Under the pieces are notes generated by a model. That model worked only from the letters and a program-made list of their open reading frames with translations. It was not told the origin of the DNA and did no database searches. The position numbers and the translations under genes are program-made. Positions 1 to 13,045 of a stretch of 64,000 nucleotides of DNA are shown here, piece after piece (position 1 is the first letter of the stretch; each line of letters opens with the position of its first letter). Source of the DNA: Euglena gracilis (taxonomy: Eukaryota). The DNA lies in the NCBI GenBank assembly GCA_039621445.1, contig CP154954.1, positions 44,123,847 to 44,187,846 on the forward strand. Reading direction: 5' to 3'.

Positions 1-101
1 AGTTTTTGGGGGTGGTTTGCGGCCGAAAAAATCGTCCCCGGAGGCTTTCATTTCTCTTCCGCAGGGGGGGGGGGGTTATAAGTCCAGGTTTGGTTGGTCA
101 G

Positions 102-470
102 CAGGGGGGGGGGGGAATGCAACTGGGCCCTTCAAATTATGCAAGTCAAAAAAATGCAAAAAAATGCAAAAAAATGCAAAAAAATGCAAAAAAATGCAAC
201 TTGCATGAAAAACCTGAGAAAAAGCTGGAATATAACAGAGCTTTGCTGCCTAAGATCAAAAAAAATTTCCAGGGCAAAGTATTTTATGCAAAAAAAATGC
301 AAAAAAATGCAAAAAAATCCATACATATGGCAACCAACTACAAAAATTTTTTCCGGGGAAAATATTTTATGCAAAAAAATGCAAAAAAATGCAAAAAAAT
401 GCAAATTTCGGGAAAAGCCGATTATGCAAAAAAATGCAAATTATGCAAGTTGCATTTCCCCCCCCCCCTG
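102..470. mobile_element. hAT-like MITE
   Basis: TIRs CAGGG..GAATGCAACT / AGTTGCATTTCCC..CTG. 8-bp TSD TTGGTCAG at 94-101 and 471-478. Interior of AAAAAATGC repeats. Confidence 0.8.
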
Positions 471-531
471 TTGGTCAGCCCGAGGGGGGTGATAAGTGGG
501 GGGGGTTTGAGTGGTATCAGGGGTGCCAGAC

Positions 532-3500
532 CTTGAGCGTCGCCACATCTGTCTCACGGGTCAGCAGCTCCGTCCGCAGTCTCTCCCTCGATGCCGACTC
601 GTGCTGGAGGTCCCGCTTCGTCTGGCCCAAGGCGTTCTCCTTCACCTCCAGCTGGACCTGTGCCCAACCCCCACACGGCGCAACCACGACGCCCACGGCA
701 TCACCGCGACCAGGGGGTCCCGAGGAACAATGCAGTCCGGGCCGAGCTGAGCAACACGTCATGCTTCCGCGGCCGGACACCGCTGGACTGTTTTCGGAAA
801 GCCAGGGAGTGGCGCAGGGGACCTGCATGGCCCGCTGTGCGGCCACGGCCTCCTGGGCCCGCCCCTGCCACGCCTGCCCCTCCGCCGCCGCGGCCTCCAG
901 GTCCGCCCGCAGCTGCCGCACCTCCTTGCCCCGGCTCTCCAGGTCCACCTGTGGGCCGGCGTTTTGTGGCGGCGCCTGCTGACCTGCGCTGGATTGACCC
1001 TGTTTGTGTGGCTGCCTGTTTGTCAGCGGATTGTGCCTGGTGGATGAGGCTCCACAGAAAGGCACGGTGCGAAGGCCGCCAACACACTGTTGGCCGGAGC
1101 GGGAGATTCCTGTCAAGCGACGCCACCGGTGACTTATTTCTTCGTTTAATATTGGGCACAAAATAAAAGGCATTTGCACCAGGCATAAAGCCAAAGAACT
1201 CACAGGGATCAAGGAGCACAAATTCAAACGACACAAAGCACCTGCAGACTCATCCCCTTCTCACTTCCACAAAGTCTATGGAGCACAAGCCGCGGGAGAG
1301 ACTGCTCGGCTTTTGTGGAGCTTCCATATGCCTCCACCGATGACTGCACACCTTCATTTTGGTGGAATCCCGGGCCAGTTTGGACAGGGCCTGGTGCAGT
1401 TGCTCCTTTTCCGCCACCTCGTGGTCGAACCGGATCTGCAGCGTGCCTAGCTGGGCCTCCTTCGCCACCAGTTGTGCCTGTGTGAGGTCGCACTACTGCG
1501 CGGTACGAGGTCGTGTGAGTCGCGGCTTTTGGGAAAGACAAATCGGCCGGTGGTTTGGTGGAAGCACAGCGGCTGGGGGAGACTTGACAACGGGAGTTGA
1601 TGGGGATTTCAAAAATCCCATGCCCGGTTGCGGGCTTCCCCCCCACCAGTCTAAGGCAAACTTTCCACTGTGAAAAAACTTCGAGTCCGAAACAGCTTTT
1701 GCTCAACGGGAAATCGCATTCCCAGCGCGTTTGGCGCCAGGAAAAAATGCTGAAAATTCGGCCGGTGTTGGCACGGGCTCCTTGGCCGCCACAACCCCCC
1801 CAAGGGGGTTGGGGCGTCCCAGAGACCAAAATCAGCCACTGAATCATTCCTAAAAAAAAAACACGGATGGGGGATCTGCAGCTGGGCCCCAGAGCCGAAC
1901 CCCAACGCGCTGGGGTGGGGGGCTGGCTGCTGGCTCAAGAAAAACACGCCCGGCAACGAATGCATCAGGCAACTCAGGGTGGGCCACACCTGCAGCTCAC
2001 TGCGCTCTGCCCCCGCCTCCTGCAGCCGCGCCTTGAGGTCCTGAAGGGGCTTGGGGGAGACGGCCGCCTCCTGCAGCTTCGCCGCCTGCGCCTCCCCCTG
2101 CTGCAGCGAGTGCTGTGGCGGACGGAGCGGTACACAGCACACGACCACTGGGGAAAACCGGCCCGGTGGTCCCCTCTGGCAGATCGCTCCGGGGGGTGAG
2201 GGGATTTCACTCAGGGGGGGGGGGGTTGCACGCATGTGCACTCACAAGACGTACGGGATGAAGTCCATCCAAAAAAAGCCGCAATTGCACGATAACGATG
2301 AGAATTATGCTTCTTTGTCGCATCAATGAAAACCCCCAGCAGAATGGACTGGGGGGAAAGACATCACCGCCCCCCCTCCCCCACCGCAAACCTCGATCTC
2401 CGCCGTCTGGAACCGCCGTTCGAGGTCCCACAGCGCCTTCTCCTTCGCCTGCAGCTGGCGGAGGGCCGCCTCCAGCTCCGCCTTCAGGGAGGTCGTGGTC
2501 ATCTCCGCCAGGGCGTGCTGTTGGATGACAATGTGTGGGGCTCCCCGTTTCGATGCCCTCCCACATGCCATCGTGCTTAGGGCCAAAGAAAATGCAGAAA
2601 AAGTCACAGAAATGCACAGAAATGTGGAAAATAGAACTTTATGCAAACATTGATTTGGTTGGGCGGTTCAGGCAGAGGCTGCTGTCAAAAACTATAGTTT
2701 GAAACCTGACTTTAAATGAGGGGAAGCAGCTACAAAAGGGCCATTGGTTAATTCCATTGGCGACGGAAATTCCGAATTCGCCTTCTTTTCCAGCCAGCAT
2801 CTTTTGAACAACACACACGTGCGCAAGCACACAAATTGGTCGCAGCTCCCTGGGATGGCATGAACTTTCACGACACATGCACCAGTAGCGGGAACAGACT
2901 GCCAATAATCGTGCGATAAACGAAATTTCAAGGTCCCCAAAAACCTCAAAACACAGCAACCCCCCCAAATATACCCCCCTCCCAAGTATAAAGCCCCCCC
3001 CCCCAAATATAAAGCCCCCTGGGGGGGTTTGGTTTTGCCGCCCAAATATAAAGCCCCCCCCCGACATGGAGCCAGAAGCTGGTGCCATTCAGGAAAAAGT
3101 AGAAAATTTTTGGGTGGATACAGCATTTTTTTTCACCAGAAATGCTCCATTCAGATAAGAATTGCACATTTCTGCGAAAAATGGGAGGTACACAAAAAAT
3201 TTTTGGCATAAAATTGGTATTTGGCCACAATTGAAGGCTGACAAAGGGTCACAGAGGACACCCCAAAAAAAAAAGAATATAAAGCCCCCCCCCCCAATGT
3301 GAAGCCCCCCTGAGGGTCTTGAAATCCCGTCCAAATATAAAGCCGGGGGGATTTATATTTGAGGGGTTTATATTCTTTCTATTCTGAGCCATTTCCATCC
3401 AACTTTTTGTGAAATTTTACGTAATCAAAAACCACCAGCAAATGCGTCCAGCAGATGAGGTCCAAATCACCGGAGTCAAGGCTGAGACACATGCAAACCC

Positions 3501-5366
3501 ATTGACCTGTGCGTCAATATCCTCCAATTGAAGTGGCCTCTCCCGCAGCAATAGTTCAGTTTCCTCCAACCGCTGCAACGCTGTGTCCAGCTCGGGCTCC
3601 AGTTTCATCAACTCGGCTATCTGCAAGTGAAAGATGAAAGCCTAATGCTGGTTCTGCCCGCCTTGGAAACTTGTCAAAAAAAAAACAGAGGACCAAAACG
3701 GGCATGGAGGCAGGGTGGGGTCTAAATGGAAATGCACCTCCCCACCGCCCGCAGACTGAGGTGAAGGTCCACAGTGAATGCTCCTGCGCTTCAATTGGCA
3801 ATTGCGGGGGTTTAAATAGGTGAGGTACAAGCTTTAGCAGGACACTGAGATTGCTTGAAATGTGCAAAATCATGCCCGGATAATTCCCCTCAGGGCGTCC
3901 ATCCAGCTGGCAGCCTTTTATGACCTCGGACCCCAACGCATTGGGCCTGTGTTTTTTAGACTGAGAAGCAAACCCAGGAATTCAGTTAAAAGAAGTGTGA
4001 TTTTGATGTTCAGACAGGGGCACCCATGTCAGGGTTCCACGTCAGAAACTGAAATATTCAGCGGCATAGAAGAAAGACAGGAGCTTGACCCGGAGAAATC
4101 AGCAAATTATGCGAAAAATTGGTTAAGAACCAGAAATTGAGGATTGTCAACGTTGGCGACACCACACAGCCACCCTTTGGTTGGACAGGACTTCAAAATC
4201 ACTCAAAAATCTTGCGAGCTACCACCACCTCCTGGGGGTATGTTTCAACTTAACTGCATCTTTCCGTGGCCCAATCAGGGGTTTTTTAAAGCCCGGGGGG
4301 AGGGGGGGAGGTGGTCGCACCCACCCACCCACCCACCCCCTGGAGTAGGCCCTCCCCAGGGGAGGGGGGGGGGTCCCGGGGGACCCACCCACTTTTGCCC
4401 AAAAAAATGCTAAAAATAGCCCCTTTTCAAAATTTTCGGCGCCTTCGGCGCCGAAAAAGATATACCCACCAGCCCCTACCCCCACCCCCCCCCCTCCCCC
4501 CTCCCCCGGGGAGGGGCCCAAGACTAAAAAAACCCCTGGGCCCAATCCAAGGGTCGAATTATTTGAGAGGGCATTCAGAACTTTTGGGAATGAGCTTATT
4601 CAGGACTTTCAAATTCAGCCACCCTTCTCAACCATGACAAAAAGAGGTGAGAATTGGGTCGAGTGTTTGGGGACTTAGACACCCAGAGTTATAACCCCCC
4701 ACTTGTAAACCCCCCGCTTGGGCTGACCAACCAAACCTTGACTAAAAACCTCCCCCCAGGGAAGAAAAATGAAGGACACCAGGGACGACTTTTTGGGTAG
4801 CAAACCACCCAAAAACTAATTTTTTTGCAATTTTTGAGACCGACCATTATCAAAAGTGCCATTTTTTCCAAAAAAAATTCTAATTTGGGGTTTTGGGGGT
4901 CATTTTGTAGGGGTCGGATTTTCACCAACAATTCCTTGAATCATAAGCCCCCAAATATAAACCGATCCTGTATACCCCGGGGGGGTTTAAGCAGGGGAGG
5001 GAGGTACCTTGGCCTCGGCCAACTTCAATTGCCCTTGAAGGTCCTGCACGGCACGCTCTTTAGTCTGCAGCCGTTCTGCCATGGTGTTCATCATTGTTTG
5101 GACGTCCTGGTGTCCCTGCAGGGGAGGATAGACAGTGGACGGAAGTTGCGTACATGCGTCCATTTTACTTTGTCAAGGATGACTGTTTTGTGGGGCTGTT
5201 TTGGAAAAAAACAAAAGAACAACTGGCAAAGAGATCTTGAGCATGGAAGCACCTGGTTGTTGAACATATCAAGCTGGTTTTGTAGCCGGAGAATTTCTTC
5301 GCCTTTTTCTTGGAGCATCTCCGCAAAGTGGTCATTTTCGGTTTGAAGACGATTGAGCTCCACTTG
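532..5366 (-). CDS. Multi-exon coiled-coil protein gene (partial; 5' and 3' ends not located)
   Basis: Eight AG|exon|GT-bounded phase-0 exons on the minus strand: 5253-5366, 5008-5115, 3507-3620, 2392-2517, 1990-2112, 1352-1477, 823-948, 532-657. They splice without stops into an E/Q/L/K/A/R-rich heptad sequence (QVELNRLQTENDHFAEMLQEKGEEILRLQ...VQLEVKENALGQTKRDLQHE...). Confidence 0.85.
4276..4538. mobile_element. hAT-like MITE in an intron
   Basis: TIRs CAGGGGTTTTTT / AAAAAACCCCTG. 8-bp TSD GGCCCAAT at 4268-4275 and 4539-4546. Confidence 0.8.
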
Positions 5367-6782
5367 CTGAGATAATATGAGAGTGCCCGATGAGAAGAGA
5401 GGTTAAACCCCCCAAATAATCCCCCCCGGGGTATTATTTTTTCGCCCGAAGTCCCGGCCCGAGGGGGTGGGGTATTATTTGGGGGGGGGGGGTAATGGCA
5501 CCCCAAAATTTTCGAAATTTTTTGAAGTCCCGTAGGAGCCAAAATAGCGCCAAAGCCCCCCTTTGGGTCATTTTTTGTACTTTCTTATGAAATTTACCAT
5601 TTTTTGGAGACCAGATGATCAGAAAAATCGATTTTTTTTTCGTAGTTTGTTGTCAGAGATTGTGATTTTTACCTACATTTTCAGGTCAAAATCCAGGCCT
5701 TCGGTCCGAAACCGGGGGGGATTAACCCAGTTACCGAACTCAGACCCCGAGGGGGGGGGGATTGTTTGGGGGGGGGGGTATTATTTGGGGGGTATTTGGG
5801 GGGGGGGTAACCAACTGGAATGGTTGATTGCGACATTTTGTTTTGTGGGTTTTGAGATTTCATATCTGAATCTCAGAATGATGGTGCATAACTTATATAG
5901 CACTCTTGCTTTTTCAAAAAAACTTATGTATACTTCCTGCTTAAACAAAATGGGCGCAAAAAAAATTATCCAAGTAACTGAAAAAAAAGAAAATAAAGAT
6001 TTTGACCAAATTGGAAAGAGAGCGGATATCGGCGTAAATGCATCTGGTTGCTCTGGCCAATGCGCCATCATGCAAGTTGTTTTGCCCCCAACTTGCCATG
6101 AGTGTGGTGAGTCTCCCTCAATGCAGACATGCACACCATCCTTGTCCGAGGGTCAGTGCCGATCACTTGGTAGGGCTCCGCCCGAGACTTCGTCATGGGA
6201 TAGGTGGATTCAAGAGGGGACACAGGCGCCCGCATCCCTGACACCTGCCCTGTTGTCAGTGAACCACGAGACTCCGGGATTTCGGGGTGCCCACAGCACC
6301 ACCCACCCCAAAACCTGACCCCCCCCAGGGGGGTCGAATGCGCCCAACCCCCTGCCTGCCCAAAGCACCCGGCCACCCCCCCCAGGGGGGTGTGCACTTC
6401 CTTAAAAAGAATCCTGGTTCCCCCCGCACACACCCCACACTTGCCGTATGGTTTCAAAGCCTGAAAGCCAATCACTTTTTTGAAAACGGTCACCCACTTC
6501 CTGCGCACCCTCTGGCCACTCCAGCAAAAATGGTTCGAAATCAATGGATTTTGACCAAAACATTGGCATTGATTTTGGCCCCCAAAATTTTTTCCAGCGT
6601 CTGCAGCACCAGGTGGGCCACTATCGTTTGTTCGCAGCCGACCCCCCCTGCAAGGGGAGGTCAGATCCCCCCCCCCCCAAAAAACCAGTCAGCCACCCCT
6701 CCCCCTGGGGGTGGGGCGGACACACCTTGTGCAATGGTACAACGTTGACACAAAAGTGGCAGAGAGCAACTGGGCGGGTAGC

Positions 6783-6849
6783 TTAGACGCTTTCTGTGCC
6801 GACTGTCCAATGACAAGACGTTATATTGGTTGAACTCGTGCTGCACCAC
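6783..6849 (-). CDS. Possible upstream exon of the coiled-coil gene
   Basis: CAG acceptor followed by VVQHEFNQYNVLSLDSRHRKRL. No clean GT donor found, so the end is uncertain. Confidence 0.35.
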
Positions 6850-7454
6850 CTGTGAGTAACACCAATACCACCAGGCAGCAAGCAAAAGTACAATGTGACC
6901 ACCTCCCTATTTGGCCGCCCTTCGGGCCTGGACCTATTTGGCCTATTTGGCCTGGACCCCCCTTCTTGCCAATAGGGGGGGGGGACAATTAGAGGGGGGG
7001 GTCGCTGAGCTCTTATCCCTTTATGGGTAACAGCGAAACTTACTCCTGGGTCGAGCCCCCGCCCCCCCCTCCCCCCCCCCCCGGGTCGGGGCCACCTCGG
7101 GAACCGGCGGATTATCACCATGATCCCAGCTCCGTTCCCGGAATCTTTTTTTCAGTTGCGAGCGACTGGATTTCTAGTTTCCAAATCAACTCCGTTTGAC
7201 CCCCAACCGTGGGGGGGGGGGATCGTACATCGGGGTCGAAAAATGCAATGCAAAAAAATGCACAAAATTGCACATACTTGGAGATTACATTGGATCCCTT
7301 GTAACAAGTATGCACACATGCACCTACTTGGAGAATCATCTTGTTCCTTTGTCAAGAACATTCAGAAATGACAGCGCGGCACAGCAAAACAGGTGAGGGC
7401 TGTTGGACAGCAGTCCGCCGCGGTCAGACAAATCAATATCACCATTGAATAGCA

Positions 7455-7630
7455 TCATAGGGACAGGCGACGAGTATCGTCTGGCAAAGAATGCCGGAGC
7501 TTTGTATCAATGCACCCCAACAAACTGAAGGAACACTCAACGTCGGCCGACGTCACTGGCAAAGAAACCAGAAAAGCTGCATATTCTGCCAATTTACCCG
7601 GTTGGTTTGCCCAAAAGTTGCAACACAATA
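7455..7630 (-). pseudogene. hAT transposase C-terminal dimerisation domain remnant
   Basis: Translation FWANQPGKLAEYAAFLVSLPVTSADVECSFSLLGCIDTKLRHSL fits the hATC pattern W..L...A...LS.P.TSA..ER.FS......R..L. Confidence 0.7.
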
Positions 7631-7719
7631 AAAAAATATCAAAGACAACTGGGCAGGGGATAGGGTTTGCACACTGAGTAAACCAACAATAAACAGCCTT
7701 TGAACGGAAACTTACACTA

Positions 7720-8132
7720 CCCCCCCCCCTAGTCGTATGACCGGGTTCCTGCAACCTGTGACCGGGGGGGGTGGTCATAACACCCCCCTAACCTGCAACC
7801 TGTGACCGGGGGGTGGTCATAGATGAGGGGGCGGTCGTAGGTGTGTGTGAAAACTGTCCCAAAATGGCATTTTTTACCCCCCCAAAATGTCCCATTTTTC
7901 AAAAATCCGGCGCTTCGCGCCGGCAGGGGGGACCTTATTTTGGGGGGGGTCCATTTCATGGATTTTTGCTCGGACCGGCCAGGGGGGGGACTTATTTTGG
8001 GGGGTTAAATTTTTTCGCAACCTGCAACCTGTGACCGGGGGGGGGTGGTCATAACACCCCCATGACCTGCAACCTGTGACCGGGGGGTGGTCGTAGATGA
8101 GGGGTGGTCGTACGACTAGGGGGGGGGGGGGG
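7720..8132. mobile_element. Tc1/mariner-like MITE
   Basis: TIRs C(n)TAGTCGTATGACC / GGTCGTACGACTAG(n), flanked by TA on both sides. Internal ACCTGCAACCTGTGACCGGGG repeats. Confidence 0.65.
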
Positions 8133-9381
8133 TACGCTCATCAGTGTCCCAGCAAAAAAAAAAAACGATAAGTTCTCAATTGCATCAAAAACTGACATTT
8201 TCCAAAACAAAATATCCTGGGCCATGTGCAATTAACACATTTCAGGGAAATCGAAAATTGCTCAAAATTGCAAAAATTGCACGGTGCAAGTTTCTCCCCC
8301 CCCCTGCCCCCAACTCCCCGCCAGGCCCGAGTTATTCAGCCGCGAAGGGTCCAAACTGGGCAAGATTGCCCCCCCCCTCTTCCGACTCTGCCATTCCGCT
8401 GGTGTCCAAAAATTGGTCAAAAAATCGATCTCGAGAAAATGTACATTATTTCCGGAAGTGTTGGTCTGACGAAATGTACCCATGGAGGCCCTCTATCACC
8501 CCCCCCCCGTTCGCCGTTTTGGCCGCCGACACGCCTGGCCTGTGTTCCGGCGCGCTTTTGCGGCCCAAAACGGCCATTTTGGGGTGTTTTTGGGGCCGTT
8601 TTTCTGGTCAAAAAAATTTTGCTCAAAAAAATTGTTTTTTCCAAAATACCTCCACAATGAAGCAAAATTAAAGAAAATGTCCGGAGAGCAAAAATGAAGC
8701 CCTTGGAATGCCCTATCCAACCATGGTTTACTTTCCCCCCCAAACGCTCGCGTAGCCCGAGTTATGGCTGTTCGGCCAATTTTGGCCCTTTTCTGGGGCC
8801 GTTTTGGGCTGTTTTCGGGGTGAAAAAATCGATGTTTTCAAAATATCTCAGAAATGAAGCAAAATCAAAGGAAATGTCCGGAGACCTAATATGAGGCCCT
8901 TGGAACGCTCTATCTAACGGTATTTCCCTGAAACTTCCCGCCTAGCCCGAAGTATGGCCAATTTACGGCCCAAAACAGCGCGGCAGGCTTGCGACTTAGC
9001 CGTTGTTGCGGCACCCGTGAATGGAAATGATTTTGGACCCCCCTTCGTGACTGGAGGCCCGTTGTGAGGGTATCACAGATGAAGCATACATGGCGAAGCT
9101 TTTTTTACTTCACCTGAAACCCAAAGAAACACAGCAGTATTTGGAGGCCGGTTCAGCCTTCATGCATACATCTAGAAGGTTTCCCCAAAAGAGACGGGTG
9201 TTCCATCTTAGCACAGAAAGCACAAAATAAAGCACGGAAAAAATCAGTTCCAATTACGGATGCCACCTGGACACCTGTGACTAGTCATGGGGGGTGTATG
9301 GGACGCGGGGGGGACGCGCGCGGGGGGGACGCGGGGGAGACGCCGAATGGTTTAACAACCAAATGCTGCATTCAGCTCCTA

Positions 9382-9573
9382 CCCCCCCCCCTAGTCGTAT
9401 GACCGGGTTCCTGCAACCTGTGACCGGGGGGGGTCATAACACCCCCATAACCTGCAACCTGTGACCGGGGGGTGGTCAAAATGAGGGGGCGGTCATAGGT
9501 AAGGTGGCGTTAAATTTTTCGCAACCTGCAACCTGTGACCGGGGGGTGGTCATACGACTAGGAGGGGGGGGAG
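9382..9573. mobile_element. Shorter copy of the same Tc1/mariner-like MITE
   Basis: Same TIRs and internal repeats as 7720-8132, with TA flanks. Confidence 0.65.
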
Positions 9574-9679
9574 TACCAATGTCCTTCTGTTTTCTGTTTT
9601 GTTCTGTCTTCCCTGGAAAAACTCCTTTTTAACAGTTTTTGTCAACGCAGACACCCGCAACATTCACCCCACTCCCCAG

Positions 9680-10095
9680 TTTGGTTCCACATCTTTGGGG
9701 CCACATCTTGGCCCAGATGGGGGAAATTTTGGGTCCATTTGATGCCACATCTTGGCCACAGCCGTGGGCCACATTTTGGGGCCAGTTTGCTGCCACATCT
9801 TGGGGGCAGTCTGGTGCCACAGGTGGGGGCAACGTTTGGTGCCACATCTTGGCCACAGTTGGGGGAAACATTTTGGGTCCAGCTTTCTGGCACATCTTGG
9901 GCAGAGCTGTGGGCCACATCTTGGTCACAGATGGGGGAAACATTTTGTGCTCCACATTTGGTGCCACAGGCGGGGGCAAGACTTTGGTGGATTTTGGTGG
10001 ATTTTGTGGGTCCAGTTTTCTGGCACAACTTGGGCCCACATTTTGGGGCGAGTTTCGTGCCCCATCTTGGGGGTAGTTTTGTGCCCCATCTTGGG
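9680..10095. repeat. Degenerate short-period tandem repeat (GCCACATCTTGG-like)
   Basis: Many CCACATCTTGG / CCACATTTTGG / GGGCCAC variants in tandem. Confidence 0.7.
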
Positions 10096-10448
10096 TCAAG
10101 TTTTGTACCATAGGTGGGGAGCGGGTCCTGTTCAGGGGTCCTGTTTTATATTTTTTTGGCCGGGGTCCTGTCCAAAACGGTCCTTTCTCCCTGGGGGGGG
10201 GGGGTTGGAAAACGGAGCCCTGGGTAGGTGTTTTTTTTTGGGTAACGACACATTTTAGGGGGTGTTGTTTGTTTGGCCGACGGCAAACTTGGGCGCGGAC
10301 TTCCCAGAAGAAGAGGGAAGGCATCCAGGGTGGCCTGCCATACCGGAGCGACAAATTACTCTTTGCGGCAGCCGCAATCCCCTCCCCTCGTTCGTATAAA
10401 AAAAAATGATCTAAATACAGACTGTTTTAATCCCTACTTAAAAAAAGA

Positions 10449-11300
10449 GTACCACTGGGGGTTGAGTCCAGCCGTTGCAGCCCAACACAGGGTCGAACCG
10501 AGGTCCTTCCCTGGCCAGAGAAACAACAAACCGGCCACCCAGCAGACCTGCAGCCCGTAGGCAGACTACAAGTGTTTTAACAGCAGCAATGTTAGTATAC
10601 GCCCTCGGAGCTGGAATTACCGCAGCTGCTGGCACCAGACTTGCCCTCCGGTTGATACTCACGGCTGTCTTTGGATAGCGTCCATTCCAAGCCCCATCGG
10701 CACGTAAGGCCGACGGGGTTGCTACTGTTCGTCGCTGCCTCACAGACTGTCTTTGCATGGGGCAATTTGCGTGCCTGCTGCCCACCTTGGTAGTGGTAGC
10801 CGTCTCTCAGGCTCCCTCTCCGGAATCGAACCCTGATTCTCCGTTACCCGTCAAGGCCACTGTGGTCCGATACACCACAGTCAAGCTGATAGGTCAGAAG
10901 CTCTTGCGATCAAGTGGGGCATGCACGAGGCATGCACGAAATCCACCAGCACTGCGGCCACGGAGGGCCAGCCTGAGTCAACCATGCCAACACACTGGCC
11001 TTGCGGCCGCTGGTCTTCGTATCAGCTGGGCATACATCCGCCACCACCGGTGAAGGGACTGTCCGGAGACAGGATCCCTGCCGAGTGTTGCATGGCTGAC
11101 TGGGTCGAACGTGTATTAGCCACAAGGTTTTGGTGGATGTCCAATGGGGTCCTTGCAGGTGGACCGAGCACACTCTATCACGTAGATGACTGCTGATGTA
11201 AGGAGCCATTCACAGATCCACTGTCACTCCGTTTGCGCTGAGACGTGCATGGCTTAGCCCTTGAACAAAGCATATGACTGCTGGCAGGATCAACCAGATT
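10449..11300 (-). rRNA. SSU (18S) rRNA, 5' fragment (about 850 nt, broken in V4)
   Basis: Minus strand starts AATCTGGTTGATCCTGCCAGCAGTCATATGC at 11300 and contains GTGCCAGCAGCTGCGGTAATTCCAGCTCC. It stops abruptly at 10449 against AT-rich non-rDNA sequence. Confidence 0.95.
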
Positions 11301-13045
11301 CGTCGGTCCGTTCCCAGCATTCCCCCCCTTGCAGGGGTTCCTGCCGAAAAACCAGACGACATTCACAACACGGCAACGTTAGCCTGGCCTTGCAGTCCCC
11401 TCTCGTTGCTGACACGAGAGGGGAGGCCTGATTTCGTCTCACACCACAACGGTTCACTGATTTGCACTGCTCAATCCGAGGCTCTCACAGAGGGGGCCCT
11501 GACGGTGGAGCCCGGTCAACACATCGACATCGTTGGTGGCTCGATTGGGTGAAGCTTCGACACACCGTGGGGTTCCCCTGGCCCCGAGACACTAGACCAT
11601 CGACCATCGACGTGAAGCCCAGGCTTCTCACACACACAGGTTCCCTTGGCTGTTGGCTCTAGCAGACTGCTTCGGCCCCGTGGGGCTTGCTCTCTCTCCG
11701 AACACAATCCTCCGACTGATCGGTCTCTGTTGTTGCTTTGGGTCGATGCCAGCTTTCGTTGACAGCAAGCACAACGTTTCGAATGGGGATTCCAGCTGTT
11801 GGTTGGTCGGCGGAGGCTGTGCAGAAGACAGCCTCGACACCGGGCTCACGATGGCAGTCCGTACACTCTCCCATGACTCGACGTGACGTTTGGCCTGATC
11901 CTGAACGGATCCCAGCTGCTCGTTGCCGGAGGGGGGTCAGTCCATGCTCTGCCCCGTTGCTCTCACGTTCCCTTAGCTGCATTTGCTCGTGGAGTCAGGC
12001 CAACACGTCACGGAATCGAATGGTAGAGCTCGAACACAGATCCATCGGTGCCTTGCCAGGGAGGGATTGGGGTTGTGTTGAAGTCTCCCCACCACTCCGT
12101 CCGGCTAAGGTCCCCACCTCGTAGAGTGGGCCTTCCGTCGTTTGCTGCTTTGACTTGTATCCCGGGGGGTCAGCTACCCCGGTCCCGACTTTGCCTGCTC
12201 CCGTCGGTCGAGTCACAGTCCAACAAAGCATACGACACGATCGTTCACCGTTGCCTGCAATGACGGTGCCTGCTGGTTGATGGAATTACCGAGCCGCTGG
12301 TGCTTGAAGCACCTCCACGGTGGAACCACTGTCCGGAGACAGTGGCCCACGACCTTTGGCCACGGCAGGTCCAGGCCGGCAGCCCTTGCACCCCTGTCCT
12401 GCCCTCCCACAGGCCGGGCTGCTAGCCTGTGGGGTGATAGGCAGGACACTCACTTGGGGAACACTGCTCACGGAGCACACCGTCACTGCACAGCTGTCGG
12501 AGCACAGCTTTCGGAGCACACCATTCCACGCCGGCCAGGAAGCCGTATCTTGTTACCACCTTTCAGTGCCGTTCCACTGCCTCTGAAGCCTTTCGGCAGT
12601 GGCCCCCTGGTCAGCCTCCTGATTTGCCTCTCATGCGTTTCCGGGGGGGGGGTTCCCCCTATTATATAGTGTCCGCGGACCTGCAGCCACTACACTTTTC
12701 TGTCGGGCCGACTCTGAATTTGGACATTTTTTCCCTGATACAGTACTACAGTATCAGGGAACGTCCAATTCAGCGAAGCCGACAGCACCAGCACTTCGGG
12801 TCCCCAGAAACCCGACTGCATCCTCACTTCGGCAGGACTTGAATGGCAGATCTCCGGAAATCCACCGAAGTGGAATTTCTCTAAGTCGGCACTACTGAAC
12901 TTTCCAAGGGGATCGGAATCCTCGGTTGTTGTTGTGTGCCTCCCTTCACACAGCTGGCCTGAGACACAGGCCTTGGCCTTTGGTGGTTGCTGCAGACCAC
13001 CGAGAGGCCCCCTTCCATCAGCAAGCTGCAGGGGCCCCTCTCACC
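11301..13045 (-). promoter_or_regulatory. rDNA intergenic spacer / 5' ETS (presumed Pol I promoter region)
   Basis: Lies between the LSU 3' end and the SSU 5' end. Contains a 10-bp inverted repeat TCCCTGATAC..GTATCAGGGA (12732-12760). LSU-side boundary approximate. Confidence 0.75.

Noticed and set aside
6-536. K/M/Q/C-rich ORFs (also near 30884)
   Set aside because: Translations of AAAAAATGC repeats inside MITEs.
10391-10448. AT-rich filler at the rDNA junction as organellar DNA
   Set aside because: Too short to assign without a database search.
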